A stretch of DNA of 64,000 nucleotides from the human T2T-CHM13v2.0 reference genome, Homo sapiens, in NCBI RefSeq assembly GCF_009914755.1, contig NC_060946.1. One strand, 5' to 3'. The position numbers and the translations under genes were made by a program. The notes beneath the pieces were generated by a model. The model was not told the DNA's origin. It did not search any database and worked only from the letters and a program-made list of their open reading frames with translations. Positions 31,020 through 45,385 of this stretch are shown here, piece by piece. Position 1 is the stretch's first letter. The number at the start of each line of letters is the position of its first letter.

Positions 31020-31480
31020 GTGGTCAAGAGCTGGAAGCAACCCATTATGACATGTATGGTTCATCAAGGACATGTTCAGCAACAGATAAATGGGCAAACC
31101 AAGGTGCTATGTGGCATACATATAAAGTAGAAGGAAATATCATCGACACGCTACACCATGTGATGTAAACTTTGAGGACCTCATGCTAAGTGAAATACGC
31201 CAGTCACAAAACAACAAATACTATATCATTCCACTCATATAAAGTACCTGGAAGACTCAAACCCATAGAGAATGCTGCTTGCCAGGGGCTGGGAGGAGGG
31301 GAAAATAGGGAGTTCTTGTTCAAAGGATGCACAATTTCAGTTCTGCAAGATCCAAACAGTTCTGGAGATTGGCTGCACGACAATGTGAAGATACTTAACA
31401 CTACTGAACTGTCCACCCAAAAATAGTTAAGATGGTCAATCTTATGTGTATTTTACAATTAAAAAATTTTAAATTTTTTT
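31020..31480 (+). mobile_element. Old L1M (L1MB-like) 3' fragment
   Basis: 'atgctaagtgaaatacgccagtcacaaa...aatgtgaagatacttaacactactgaactgtccac...aaaatagttaagatgg'. Confidence 0.75.
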
Positions 31481-31496
31481 TTAAATTAAAAAAAAA

Positions 31497-31622
31497 TTTT
31501 TTTGTACAGACAGGGTCTCACTATGTTGCCCAGACTGCTCTTGAACTCCCGGACTCAAGTGATCCTACCGCTTCAGCTTCCCAAAGTGTTAGGATTACAG
31601 GCGTGAGCCACGATGCCTGGCC
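31497..31622 (-). mobile_element. Alu left monomer (FLAM/AluJ)
   Basis: Reverse left monomer only. Confidence 0.85.
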
Positions 31623-32718
31623 TTTTTTGAATTTTTTTAAATCGAGAAGCTGATACTTAACCCCAGGGCTTGAAATAAGACTTAAATAAAATAATGTACA
31701 CAGTCTAACCCATAGCACCTGGCATACCATAGATGTTCAAATAAATATTTGTTTCTCCCACTGTCTTTGTTTTCGGAATAAGAAATAAAGTTGTGGCCAG
31801 AGAAGTTAAGGGCCTGGAGGGGCAATCCTAGTGGTTGGGAACTCCAGGGTCACAGTGTCCTGGCTCCACACTGGATTCTCTACTCAGCAGCAAGCATGGC
31901 CTGAGGAAAGCGACCCAGCCTCTCTGACACTCAGCGTCCTGAGCTGTGAAGGTGGTGGTGGGATCAGCACCTCAGAGGGGGCTCTTCTGAGGATGGGCGT
32001 GCAACCGTGATCAGGAGAATGCCTGGCTCACACAAACATGACTTCAGCGCTCACCAGGGCAAAGCGGGGGCAAGACCAACACGTGCAAACTACCAGGCCA
32101 CTACCCTGACCCTCCTGGGCCAGTCCCCCACTCCAGCTGCCCACAACAACTAGAATGGTGCATCTGCCTGCAAGCTGGAGTCAGCACGGGGAACACCGTG
32201 GGCGCAGCCAGCCTGAGGCCTTTCTGATGACCTACTGCACTGCCACCACAACCACGACCCTTGCCCGTACATCCATGCACCCTCAGCAAGGTCCTTGGAG
32301 TGTGAAGCCTGCACTCCTGGGCACTGTCGCTAGAGAGATTTCAACCCTGAATCTCAGGGTGGGCAACGCTTCCTTAGGCTGAGAGTGGGTAACGAAGCGG
32401 CATCGCCCAGGCAGCCTCTGCCTCGAACACCTCTCTTCTTCCTCCTTTTCTTCCACCCCCCTTATTCCCATCTGTGCGGCAAGGAAAAGGTCAGTAAGCA
32501 CAGCCCTATCTTGGTATTCTCTCCAAAGCTCCACATTAAAGGAAAACTGACATCTGAGAGGAGATAACAGCTAACTCGTTTTTCTCTTCGTTAACTTGGT
32601 GGCCGAGTACAGCCACCACCTGGGCTAAGCATGCCAGCCTTTGCTAACACCCATTCTGCAAAAGGACCAAGCACTGCAACTCGGCTAGCTGTTCCTCACT
32701 CCCACTCCTCACCCACCT

Positions 32719-32752
32719 ACACACACACACAAACACACACACACACACACAC
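32719..32752. repeat. (CA)n microsatellite
   Basis: Direct reading. Confidence 0.9.
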
Positions 32753-33188
32753 CCTTAGCCTACAATTTACAGCAACAACAAGAAATCATAACAGCGAATG
32801 TAGCATATTGCCATAGAACAAGCCATGGAATTTGCACAAGATCCCTTGGACAAGCAATTAACCTCACTAAGCCTCAGGCTCCTCACCCACAGAATGGCCA
32901 CGCAGACACGCCTGGCCTCTCCATGCTGCCATGAGGATCCTTGACTGTCAAATCTGGAGAACTCTCCTACGCAGCATTTGGTGCCACTCCTCAGTCCTGC
33001 CCCCCAGCACTTCGCGCCAGCCCCAGGAGATCTTGCACCCGCAAATAAATGCTTTCACTGGGATTATGCAACTCACTTCTGCTCACCACCCTTCGGCCAG
33101 AATGAGCCACATGGCCCTAGAAAAGGGCAGGGAAGGTGACCATTCCTATGTCCTCAGTAGAAGAAAAGTGGATTTTGGGACCCAGACA

Positions 33189-33493
33189 TTCTTTTTTTTT
33201 TTTTTTTTTTTTTTTGAGACAAGGTCTCACTCTGTCACCCAGGCTGGGGTGGCATGATCTCAGCTCACTGCAACCTCTGTCTCCTGGGTTCAAGCAATTC
33301 TCATGCCTCAGCCTCCCGAGTAGCTGGGATTACAGGCACGCGCCACCATGCCCGGCTCATTTTTTTGTATATTTAGTAGACAGAGGGTCTCACCATGTTG
33401 GCCAGGCTGGTCTTGAACTCCTGACCTCAAATGATCCACCTGCCTCACCTTCCCAAAGTGCTGGGATTACAGGCATGAGCCACCGTGCCCGGC
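33189..33493 (-). mobile_element. Alu (AluS-type)
   Basis: Full reverse dimer. Confidence 0.96.
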
Positions 33494-34787
33494 AGGAACC
33501 AGATGTTTCTAACACAGACAAATCCTCTGTCCTCGAGAGCTCACGGCAAGTGGTGAAGACAAGCTACACAAACCCCTGGGAAGAAAACATCATGGAAAAG
33601 GCTGCCAAAGATCCTGTAAGCTGCCATGGGAGCAAAGGAAGACTCTGTTCGGCCCACCTGGGAGCCTTCGACAGAGGTGTGTGTGACATCAGGGAAGCCT
33701 TCCTGGGGGAGGTTATATCCGAACATCTTGAACAATACAGGCGATCTTCTCAGGGAAGAGGATTGACGGCAGTCGCTGAGCAAAGAGGCTCCTGGCCTTG
33801 ATCAACACTACAATTTCGTCTTTTCCAGTGCTGTGGCCTGGGCTCCTTCCTAACTGTATCATAAACCCACTCTGAGTGGGTGTACCTGACACTGTGACCG
33901 CCAGGGCCGAATCACCAGGAACGCAGGAAGCTGAGGGCCAGCCGGACACCTGGGTCCCAAGAGAAACAGTGTGGGGACACAGAGGCTAGATAGGCCTGGG
34001 TTCAAATCCCAGCTCTGTCACGTGTCCTCGGGGGCCACCATGACGTTCGTTTGTGGGCTTGGTGTTATAAAACATAAGTTCTTCTTGTGAGAGCTGTGTT
34101 TTCATTGACCTAACAAATCTATTAACACAAAAAGGGCAGTCCATGGTCAAAATTTTTTATCAGAGGTCAAAAGAGTCAAAACAATATTGATGATTGATGT
34201 TCCTACTATACCTACATATTAGTATCTATCAGAGGTAGCACGCACCGAGTCCTCACCAAGGGCCTGGCCAATTTCTAGTCTATTATTATTATTGTTGTTA
34301 TTATTATACTCTTTCACGGATGAGAAAATTAAGGCACAGAAGTCAATTAAGCTGTCCGAGAGCATAGGAATGTGTTGCAGAAAGCGGTTTGCCTCCATAC
34401 TGAGCCCAGCAGGGAACTCACCGTTCCCACTTCTCACACAGCACCGTGGCACACAGGAACACGGGAGCCGACAGTTTAGGGTTCAAGTCTCAGCTTTGCC
34501 ACTCAGTCACTCCTTTATCTCGGGCGTGCCACCTCTGCAAGCCTCACTTCCCTCATTTCTGAAATGGAGGTTAATCCAACCTCATCAGGTAATTGAGGCA
34601 AAGCATTTGCCATGGAGAAGCACTCAATAATGCTGTTGTCTTTATTTCCTTTAGCAGTCAAGAGGGTGGGGTCCCTGCCGTCTCGGCTTGCCCAACAGTC
34701 TCCTGCCTCACGATGGGGCCAGGGGATGGCTGACAATGCCTGGACAATCCCATCCCCATTTCTAGAAGACCTTGTAAGTTCAGGTAA

Positions 34788-35116
<329 letters not shown>

Positions 35117-37144
35117 TGAAAGGAGATAGGAGTACTTTTATTTTCAAAAAATTGAAAACTGTGGTTCCTGAACTGGAAGACACTAAAAGTAACCCAGGGT
35201 TTTGAGGAGGCCAATGTCTGGGGCCTGCTCCCATTGGACTGCAGTTTCACTTGAAGGCAAAGTCATTATATGGCATCCCACATCTGTTAATCTGGCCTAA
35301 CTAACGCCTCCCATGTTTCCAGGTGAATGTGAGGCATATGGAGCTATGACAAGCATCACAGAAGTTCCAACTCCAGTGAGGGGTGCAGCTCCCCTTTCTT
35401 CTTCCATTGCCTGGCAATGGTTTGTACAGAACCTACCAGGCAGGTAGAGTCTTGACCTGACAGAGACAGGAGGAAGCTGGGAGGCAGGAAAGGTCAAGAA
35501 GACCCTTCAGACCACTGATGACCATTAAGGTTCCTTGTAGGTTTAAGGGGCTCTCATTTACTTCAATAATCCTGGAGCCCCCATCAGTGCCTACCATGGA
35601 GCTAGGACCCAGCAAAGACATGGAGGCCCCTATGTTCAGGAAGGTTATTTACAATAAAGATGCAATAAAGTGCTATGCTGATATAAATAAATAGCCCAAA
35701 GCACAATACAGATACTAAGTACATACATGATAAAGACAAGAAGGGAACTTAAGAAACCAATGCTGGCTTCGTGTTGCTGGGGAAAGCTACATAGGCAAGG
35801 TGCAGGTGGCCTTGGAGTGGAGAGCGCCTAAGTCTTCTTCCTTTACTTGTTTCAAAAATGCATGCTTCTGTACATTTTACCAGGCAAGACTGTAAGCTCC
35901 TTGAGGGTAGGGATGGTGCCCTGTTTACCACACTATCCCCAGTACCATGCATAGAATAGAGACTCAAATGCTGGACTGATGGATGGATGAATGGATAGAT
36001 GGGCAGAAGGATAGTCAGGGCTGCATCACTGCCTTGAGACAGCAGCAGAAGACATATAGATTTAAGTGGCCAAAGCCCACAGAACAGGGCTTTCCCCAGA
36101 GGCCCGTGGCCACATTTTTCCTCTTCCTACTTTCAGAATCTACAGCACTTTTAGCCCACAGTCCCTGGGTTTCACAATCACTGCCTATATTTGGACTGTA
36201 CTCCTGATGTGGCCTTATCCTGCAGGCCTCTATCTCTCGCTCACTCTCTCACATGTCTCTCTCGATCACCTTTAACCTACTTCTGCTCCTGACCTGGATC
36301 CCTGGCCCACCCACAGGTTGGTTCGCAGTTTCTGAAAGAGTCACAGCCGTGGGTGTCAGGCCCAGCCCAGCAGACAGAACACGTTTGGATGCACTGTTAT
36401 CATAAAGTACTGCTGACTTCTACTGTGGAACAGAATTCAGTGACCTCTGCTTCCACGTCTGTGCAGGACAAGCTCCCTCTGCTTTTGCTCCATAGCCCCA
36501 AGTCTAGCCCAGAACCTACTCCCCTTCACCCATCTTCAAGAAGGGAAGGCACAGCTGGGAGCCGTAAAATGCCACTATACCCATGAGCTGCAACCATTTG
36601 TTCCCTCCAGCAAGACTGCAGATAATTTCAGCCGGACCTTCTCTTCTTCTCACTCTGACCTCGAAGTAGATTTTGTTTCATCTGTTTGTTTTCATGACAG
36701 AACATCCTGGTAGGGAATATTGGCGTCTTTTTCTTTTCAAAGTGACACTGACACAACTCCACTTTGTGCAAATAAATGTTTTCAACCTAAATGAGTCATT
36801 TGGTGGGAACAGTGAGTTCGCAAGCCTGCATATAGGTTGACCCCTTTACCAAGGAGGGTGGCAGGTAGCATTGTGTTTGGGGCTGACAAATATTATGAAC
36901 AATGAGATCCTTTCCATGGTGATATCCCTTGCTGTACGCAGGGAAAATAAGGATAAAAATAGGGTGATAGTTGAAAACTCTGGGCCAGGCAGAATGCATC
37001 CTTGGGGAGAATCCAGCTACACTAGTATCTTGCCATAAAATCTTGAGAGTAAAGGAGGTATTTAACTTCTGACTCTTGTTAATTCATTTGTGGTTGTCAG
37101 GATTTTAAATGTAAAACATTTAAAAAATACTCAGTATATAGTAA

Positions 37145-37593
<449 letters not shown>

Positions 37594-37619
37594 TGTTGTT
37601 CTTTAGAGACAGCATATAG

Positions 37620-37826
37620 GGGGCTGTTTTGCCCAGTATGGGAGTCACAACCCACATGTGGCTATTTAAATTTAATTAAAATTAAACAAAATTAAAAATT
37701 CAGTTCCTCAGTTGCACTAGCTACCTTTCAAGTACTCAGTAACTACCCATGTCTAGCGGTGACAACATCGGATGGTGCAGATGGAGAGCAGTTCCATCCT
37801 GCAGAAGGTTCTGTAAGACAGTGCTG
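37620..37826 (-). mobile_element. hAT-Charlie MER3-like
   Basis: 'cacatgtggctatttaaatttaattaaaattaaa...aaaattcagttcctcagttgcactagc'. Confidence 0.75.
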
Positions 37827-40384
37827 ATATGAAGGTGAAGGAGTAGCTTGAAGCTTGAGGGTCTGTGTGACCTTGGGTGAGTTACTTCACCTCTCTGTGC
37901 CTCATTTCCTCATTTGTAAAATGGGGATAATGTAGCTACATTATTCAGTCATAATAAGGATTATCTGCTCTGGAAGCACTCACAATAATGCTTATGATAA
38001 TGGTAAACACACACCAGATGGAGCCCTAGAATGGACGACAGACACCCTTATGGTGCACGGTGGATTGCTGCGAGGATTAGAAAGACTTTTATAGAAAGCA
38101 CCTCCCACAGGCCCAAACATAGCAGACACTCAGTCCATTCACTTTTTTTTTCAATAAATGTTCACAGAGCACCTACTATGGGTAGGCATTCTTCTAGGCA
38201 CCAGAGACATAGAAATGAACAAAGGCCTTGCCCTCATGGAGCTTACAGTCTCACTAAAGGGGTTGATTATTGCTTACGCTAACAGGAACACCAACATGTC
38301 CAGCATATTACGTATTCTCAGCAATGAAAAAGAAATGCCAACCACAAAGCTACCCACAAAGGTGGCATCTGACAAAAAGGGCTCTAATGAATGAATGGAT
38401 GGATGGATAGATGAATGAATGAGGGTGTGGGGAGGAGGCTCAATAATGCACAAGCAATGAACTGGGCTCTGGGTGGGCCCAGAGTTAATTACCCCACGGT
38501 GGATGGATGTGGCTAACTCAGCTGTTGCCAGGTGACACTCATAAATGATCATAAAGCAGTCTGTAAACAGTGTTATGTATAAAACCTTAATCATCATGAA
38601 CAGGAATCTTAAGATCCAAATGCCTGGGATAAACATGGCCTTTGCACACATGCCCTCTGCCTTCTATTCTGGACTCTGCTCTGACTCATCCTGTGGGCTG
38701 GGGCTGTTCACTCAGCAGAGGGACCAAACAGCCTTTCACTGGCCCTGGACAAATGAAACCCCCTAAGAGGGAGGTGTCCCACTGCCCAGAAAACCCCTCC
38801 CCAGCCCTCGGACTCACCTGCCGGCCTGAGCAACGTGCCTTCTAGCGCTGGTTCTATTATTCACGACAAGGGGCTTTCCCAGGAGGCAGCAAGTGGCACT
38901 ATGCTGCCTGCGTTTCTATTTCCAAAATCTGAAAGCTCTGTTTCATAGGTTTGCAGCTCCCTGACAGCTAAATGTCATGGGATGGAGCCACGTTGAATCA
39001 CTGGATCTACTTCGCACCAGCAGGCTGGGCCTCAGAAAGTTATTTCAAGTCCTCTAGTCCCGATCGCTCCTTTTTTGTTTAGTAAGTAAAAATAGTGCAT
39101 GCTTCACAACGTTGTTAGTAGGATTACATGAGAGAACTTAAATAAAGTGCCCAAGTCTTTGGTAGGACCTAGCTCATGTCCTACCTAGAACACCAAGATG
39201 GCTAGACAAGAAGAGGAGATGCAGCTCAAGTACCAGTTCGGTCACTATCTATCGGGGCCACCTGGTCTACCTGCGGCTTGCCCAATTCCCTCCTCATTCA
39301 AGAGGAGAGGGCCAAACCGGATCCAAGCAGCCTACCCTGTAATCTCTTGCAGCACACTACCCGCTCCATTTTCCCACAACCACGGTACATTTCATCCTGC
39401 TGAAAAGAATACAAAGCATATGAAAATTCAGTGCAAGAATTCATACCAGCAACCTCGTCCATCTGCATAAGACTTCGTTCCAAATGGTGACAACAGGCCC
39501 TGTGCTCATTACAGGTCTCACATGTGCATGGGTGTGTGGGAACAGCACCCTGTAATCCATGGGACTGAGAGGCAACTACCACAGCCGGCCTCGTCGGAAG
39601 CAGAAACACCTGAGAAACGCCAGGTTTGGAATGCTAGTTCTATGTGGCTTTTATACATGTACTAAAATTAAGAGCCAAGTTTTAGTGTAAAAATGCCTGT
39701 CTTGAATACCACACTTCGAGACGAGATGATGTCTAAGGGTCTTCCTGTATCTGATCTACAAGGATTCCTGCTAGGAGTTCACCTGGTGGGGAGGACAGGG
39801 CTGAAATGAGGTTAGGTGATGCTCCCCACGTGGCCTAAAACCATTACTGTCCCTCACTTCCCTCACCATCCCAGCCAGCATCTGCCACACCATGACCTCC
39901 TCTTGCCCATGGCCCTCCCTAACATGTCCTTAATTGTATTACAGGCAATTTCCACTCCCCTAACCAGGCAGATTCCTCCCATCAAAAACATTTCTGTGCC
40001 TCTTATTAAAAACTCCTTCATTTGATGCCCCTTTCTAGTGATTGCCCACGCCCTGGTCTGGTCAACCAGAAATCACCTATCATGTCAAATCCCAACTCAT
40101 CATGCATTTACTGTATGTCTACCCCATGGCAGGCACAGCACACAGACTTGACAATGACCATGGCTGACCTTGAGGGGCACAAAACTAAATGGAAAGGGGG
40201 TTGCAAGGTACACGGATTCACGGCAAAACTAAATGGGCAGCCACTAGTACTTCAACAGAATTCTAAGATGCCAGGCACTCAGGGCAGGACTGGCTGATTC
40301 CAAACGTGGGGTTGTGGAAAGAAGGGCCATGAACGAGGCTCCAAAAATGAGCAGAATGTAGACAGGGAGAGCAAAAGGGGGAAA

Positions 40385-40456
40385 GAAGGGAGACCCTTTC
40401 ATTTGAAATCCAACTTTCTGAAGGGAGACCCTTTCATTTGAAATCCAACTTTCTGA
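40385..40456. repeat. Perfect 35-bp tandem duplication
   Basis: gaagggagaccctttcatttgaaatccaactttct x2. Confidence 0.97.
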
Positions 40457-41296
40457 TCAATGCTCATCATTCTGGCCCTCTCTTACCCTTGGAGCCAGCT
40501 CCTTTGGATCCACTTAAGATTTCTACTGCATCCTCCTCTTGTCTGTCGGTTGGCTACTCCCTGCTTGATCTGACCCCTGCAGGCCTACTCACCTTCCCTA
40601 CTCCCCAGGCCCTGACCCAAAACAACACTCTCAGAGTTGGCATTAAGTGTGGCAAGGCTAAAATTAGGACTGTTTCCATAGATATCTAGACTTCTCTGTA
40701 GCAAATGTGTTCAGCTCCCTCCCAAGTAGGGAAAAAAAAAGTATTCTCCATTCTGACTGCAAAGCAACCCAGGGGTCTGAAAAATCGAAGCCTCCTCACA
40801 TCTGGATGCGCCTCTGGCTTCCCACCTCCATGGGAAGGAAAAGAGGAGCCTCCTCGGGTCTGTGCAGTGGTTTGCAGGGGTACTACAAAAGCCATTTGTC
40901 CTCACTGACGAGAAAACACCAGGCACAAAAGGAGGGGTAGCAACCGTGGGAAGCACTCGCATGTCCAGACCACCAGCACATAGGTGTGTACCCTCATGTC
41001 ATCCTGGGAAGGGGGTCCCTTCTGGGAGGTGGTTCTCCTTTCTCCCCATTTCAGAGATGAGGCAATGCAGACCAGGAAAACTACATAATTCAGTGTTGCT
41101 GGAAGACGTGCCACATCACGGTGAAAAGATGGGAAATAGAAATTCAAAGATGTTCAGAGAACTGCCCAAAGCCACCCCACAAAGGGCCGTCATCAGGAGT
41201 ATGGGGAAGTAAAAACAGACACCGCTGATGTTGAAGGCACTGTTTTGTTAGAGGTTCTGGGTTCAATACTTCATGTGGAGTCTCGCATTTCACCCT

Positions 41297-41703
41297 AGTT
41301 ATGAGTTGAATTGTGTATCCCCCAGAAAGATGTGTTGAAGTCCTAACCCCACTCAGAATGTGACCTTATTTGGAAACAAGTTCATTGCAGATATAATTCA
41401 GTTAAGATGAGGTCATAGTGGAGAAGGGTGGGCCCTTAACCCAGTCTGACTGGTGTCTTTATAACATGATGGCCATGTGATGAGACACACAGAAAGAGCT
41501 CCAGTGATGACAGGGGCTTAGAGGGACGCATCTACCAGCCAGAGTGCCAAAGAGAAGCTAGGCAGAGGCCAGGAAGGACACAGTTTCAGAGAGCATGGCC
41601 CTGCCAACACAAAACTGGTCTCTGGAATCAAGAGACATTATTGTCTCATTTCTGTTGTTTTGAGCCATCCAGTTTGTTATGGCAGCCTTCGGAAACTGAT
41701 ACA
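41297..41703 (+). mobile_element. MaLR LTR, MLT1C-like
   Basis: 'gttgaagtcctaacccc...cagaatgtgaccttatttggaaac...ggcagccttcggaaactgataca'. Confidence 0.8.
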
Positions 41704-41878
41704 GTCCTCACCACAATTCTATGAAGACAAGTACTGACACAGTTGGGTTTTACACATGAAGTCACTAAATCTTCATTAACAACAAATACCAGTGACAGGT
41801 ATCAACATGGTACCAAGTGCTTTACAGACAAACTCATTTTATTCCCACAACAACCCTAACCCCACAACATCCCCATGA

Positions 41879-42233
<355 letters not shown>

Positions 42234-43304
42234 TTAAATCATTTGCATAAGGGCACAAGGCTTGTATGTGGTCTAATGTGGATTCAAACCCAGATCCAGA
42301 ATCTGTGCTCTGACCCACTATAACCAGAACAGTGTCTGATCTAGAATTGAACTCAGAAGGTCTGGTGACACAGCCCACATCCCTAGCCTCTTTTAAAACT
42401 TTGTATTCCACCTGCTGATAGAATGCTCTGCACTCAGGAGCACCTTAAAACATTTATTTCATGGCACAAATAAATTAATTAGATAGGCAGTGGTTTCCAT
42501 ACATCCCATTAGCTCAAATTAACGTATATTTATATTCATTTTAAGGCTGACCCAGGTCTATAGCAGCAACAGAAATCAGAATAGGAATACCTGGGGTGTC
42601 TAGAGTACAAAGCAGGCAGAGTAAAATAAAGCTCCTGTCTTACAAAGCTTTTATGTGCTAGGTCATTTCAGTAAGCATTTAATGAGCACATATTGTGTGC
42701 CAGCACTGTGTCAGGTAAGGGGGATACAAAAGACACAGACTCAGCCTGCCAGGTGCTCCATCTGGAAGGACATGGAAATGGCCAAATTACCATATATCCA
42801 GGTAAGTACCAGGACTAAAGTCAGAACACAGATGCTATTAGAGGACAGAAGAGAGGTATCAAAATCTGTCCAGGTAAATAACAGATGGCTTTAGAGCATC
42901 TGGTACCAGACCTTTACCCTTAATTTCAAGCTTCTTATTTTAAGGCTAATCTAAACACCACTACTACCAACCTCCTTCCCCTGCACATAAGCGTGCACGC
43001 ACACACACACACATACTCCTCTGTCTTCCCTCATTCTCTTTTTTCTTTCTCTCTGCAACTTTTCACTGAAACACTTGATTTTTTCACTGCATGAACCACA
43101 CCGGTGACCTACAGAACAAATGGCAATATTTAACTAATGATTACTAATCCATAATGAAGTAAATAGTTAATTGATGACCTTCAGAAAAAAAAAATTTAAG
43201 GTCAGAGGCTTGAAGAACTAAAGTCCATAGCTAACTAGCAATGTTCATTAGTGTTAATTGATCTAAACAGTCTCAGCACCAGGAAGTCAAGTCTATTTCT
43301 AAAT

Positions 43305-43336
<32 letters not shown>

Positions 43337-43692
43337 GAAAACAATATTGGGGAAAGGAATGAGGAACTAGGGTGGCAGGAGGTGGGAGTGATGGAGGGGG
43401 TTCCTTCGAGTTGAAGAACCTAAAATAGAGCATGCTCTGACGTCAACCTTTCAGCCAGTCACTCGCCCACCCACAGAGGCTGGTCACTCCACACACAGCA
43501 CGCTGTCTTGACTGCCATGTGGCGGCGTGGCTTAGCAGTAAGAATGCAGACTCTGACGTGACACTGCCTTCATTGTTTGCACTGTGAAATGGGCACGCCA
43601 GCATCCACTTCACAGAGTCATTCTCAGGTTGAGTGTACCAGAAGTGCTGAGAACCTTCCATTGCACAGAGCAGACACGCAGTAAATGCTATC

Positions 43693-43731
<39 letters not shown>

Positions 43732-43860
43732 TAGCACTATCTTTGCCATTAAAGAATTTAACACAGCTCCTAAGAAAATACACAGCAGCTGCTATCCATC
43801 GTCATCACCAGTATCATCATCGCCATCCCCATCATCACCACCAACACCGCCACCCCACCA
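43693..43860. repeat. (ATT)n followed by degenerate (CAT/CAC)n simple repeats
   Basis: Direct reading. Confidence 0.85.
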
Positions 43861-44045
43861 GCGACACACTAGCTGTGGACACATCCTTTACGCCCTTGAA
43901 CCTGAGTTTCTACAGCTATGAAGCAAGTCCCATGGAATTTACAGACCAAACGCTAAGTGTAGGGCTCCCTGGGAGCTGGTCTTATGGAGCACACTGGCAG
44001 GAAGAGCCAGAAACTGAGTGAATTTGGAGCACGGAAAAGAGCCAT

Positions 44046-44348
<303 letters not shown>

Positions 44349-45079
44349 GCCATGGAAGTGAACTAGCTGGGAAAACACACAAGCAAGCCTCTTACATTAA
44401 AATCGGATCCTTTTACCAGAAAGCATGCCCACTCACCTCTGCCCAAACCACCCCCAGCAAAAGGGAGGCCCGGGAGGAGGGTGCAGATTTGGCCAGATGA
44501 TCTGGAGCTGGAGGAATCCGGCCCCGATAGAGCACACCACCTCATTCCTGGGTGGCCTGACTTTGTATTTGGGTTTATTATCTCTGCCCTGCCCACACCC
44601 TTGGGATCAGGCGTATTTCTTTTTTTAACTCCCCTGGCACGAGCAGCGCACGACAAAGGCACGCCTCGATTAGCTGGAGTGTTCCTGGCCTAATGAGACA
44701 TGCTGTGGAGTTATTTGTCTAGTCTGTTCTGAATGGTGTCAGATGGAGCACTTCCTGCCCCCGGCTGAAAGCCCTGAAGGCCGCGTCCCTCCTGGGGCCT
44801 TCCGGGAAGCTGAGATGCAGGCAGGCAACACAGGACGAGTGGAAGCATGGAGCAGGTGGCACTCAGCGTGCTCGTCTGCCTGGGGTCCAGCCTCTTCACC
44901 CACCCAGGAAGATAGCATGTCACAACCATAGAACATGGGAAACAGCCACTGACCAGGGTCCAACAACGTGCCTCTGTTTACCCATCCAAAACACCCCATC
45001 ACCAATTCTGGCACTAAAACTTGTATGATCCTTTCTCAGATTCATATGCCATTCTTTACCCTCCCACTGTCTGCTACCT

Positions 45080-45385
45080 CACATCCTTCCTCCTCCTCCT
45101 CCTTTCCACCAGGCCTAGGATCTGCCTCCCACTTGGGTCCTGCCCTGCCCTCCTCACTCCATGTCACAAGAAGCCAAGTACAAGTCACTGGTTTCACCTC
45201 CCTCCACCTCTTCTTCCTCCTCCCCCACTGAGGCTGCATCCCTTCTCCTCTCACCTCCCAACCCTGACATTTCTTCCTTCCTCCCCACCCGCCTGTATTC
45301 TCTCTCCCTCTCTCTCCCCCTCCTCCGTCTCTCTTCCCCTCCCTCCCTCCTCCTTTATTCTTCTCCTCCTGTCCTCTATTCTCCT
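45080..45385. repeat. CT-rich low-complexity (polypyrimidine) tract
   Basis: Direct reading. Confidence 0.85.

Noticed and set aside
33136-33801. Longest ORF (221 aa) and the many other ORFs containing [22 protein letters not shown] peptides
   Set aside because: These are translations of Alu sequence running into flanking DNA; there is no gene structure.
43308-43340. Isolated poly-A tract (also 25544-25570) as a processed-pseudogene tail
   Set aside because: No recognisable upstream mRNA or SINE body and no clear TSD.
43584-44021. 145-aa ORF with poly-Leu 'signal peptide' and His-rich tract
   Set aside because: Produced by (ATT)n and (CAT/CAC)n simple repeats.
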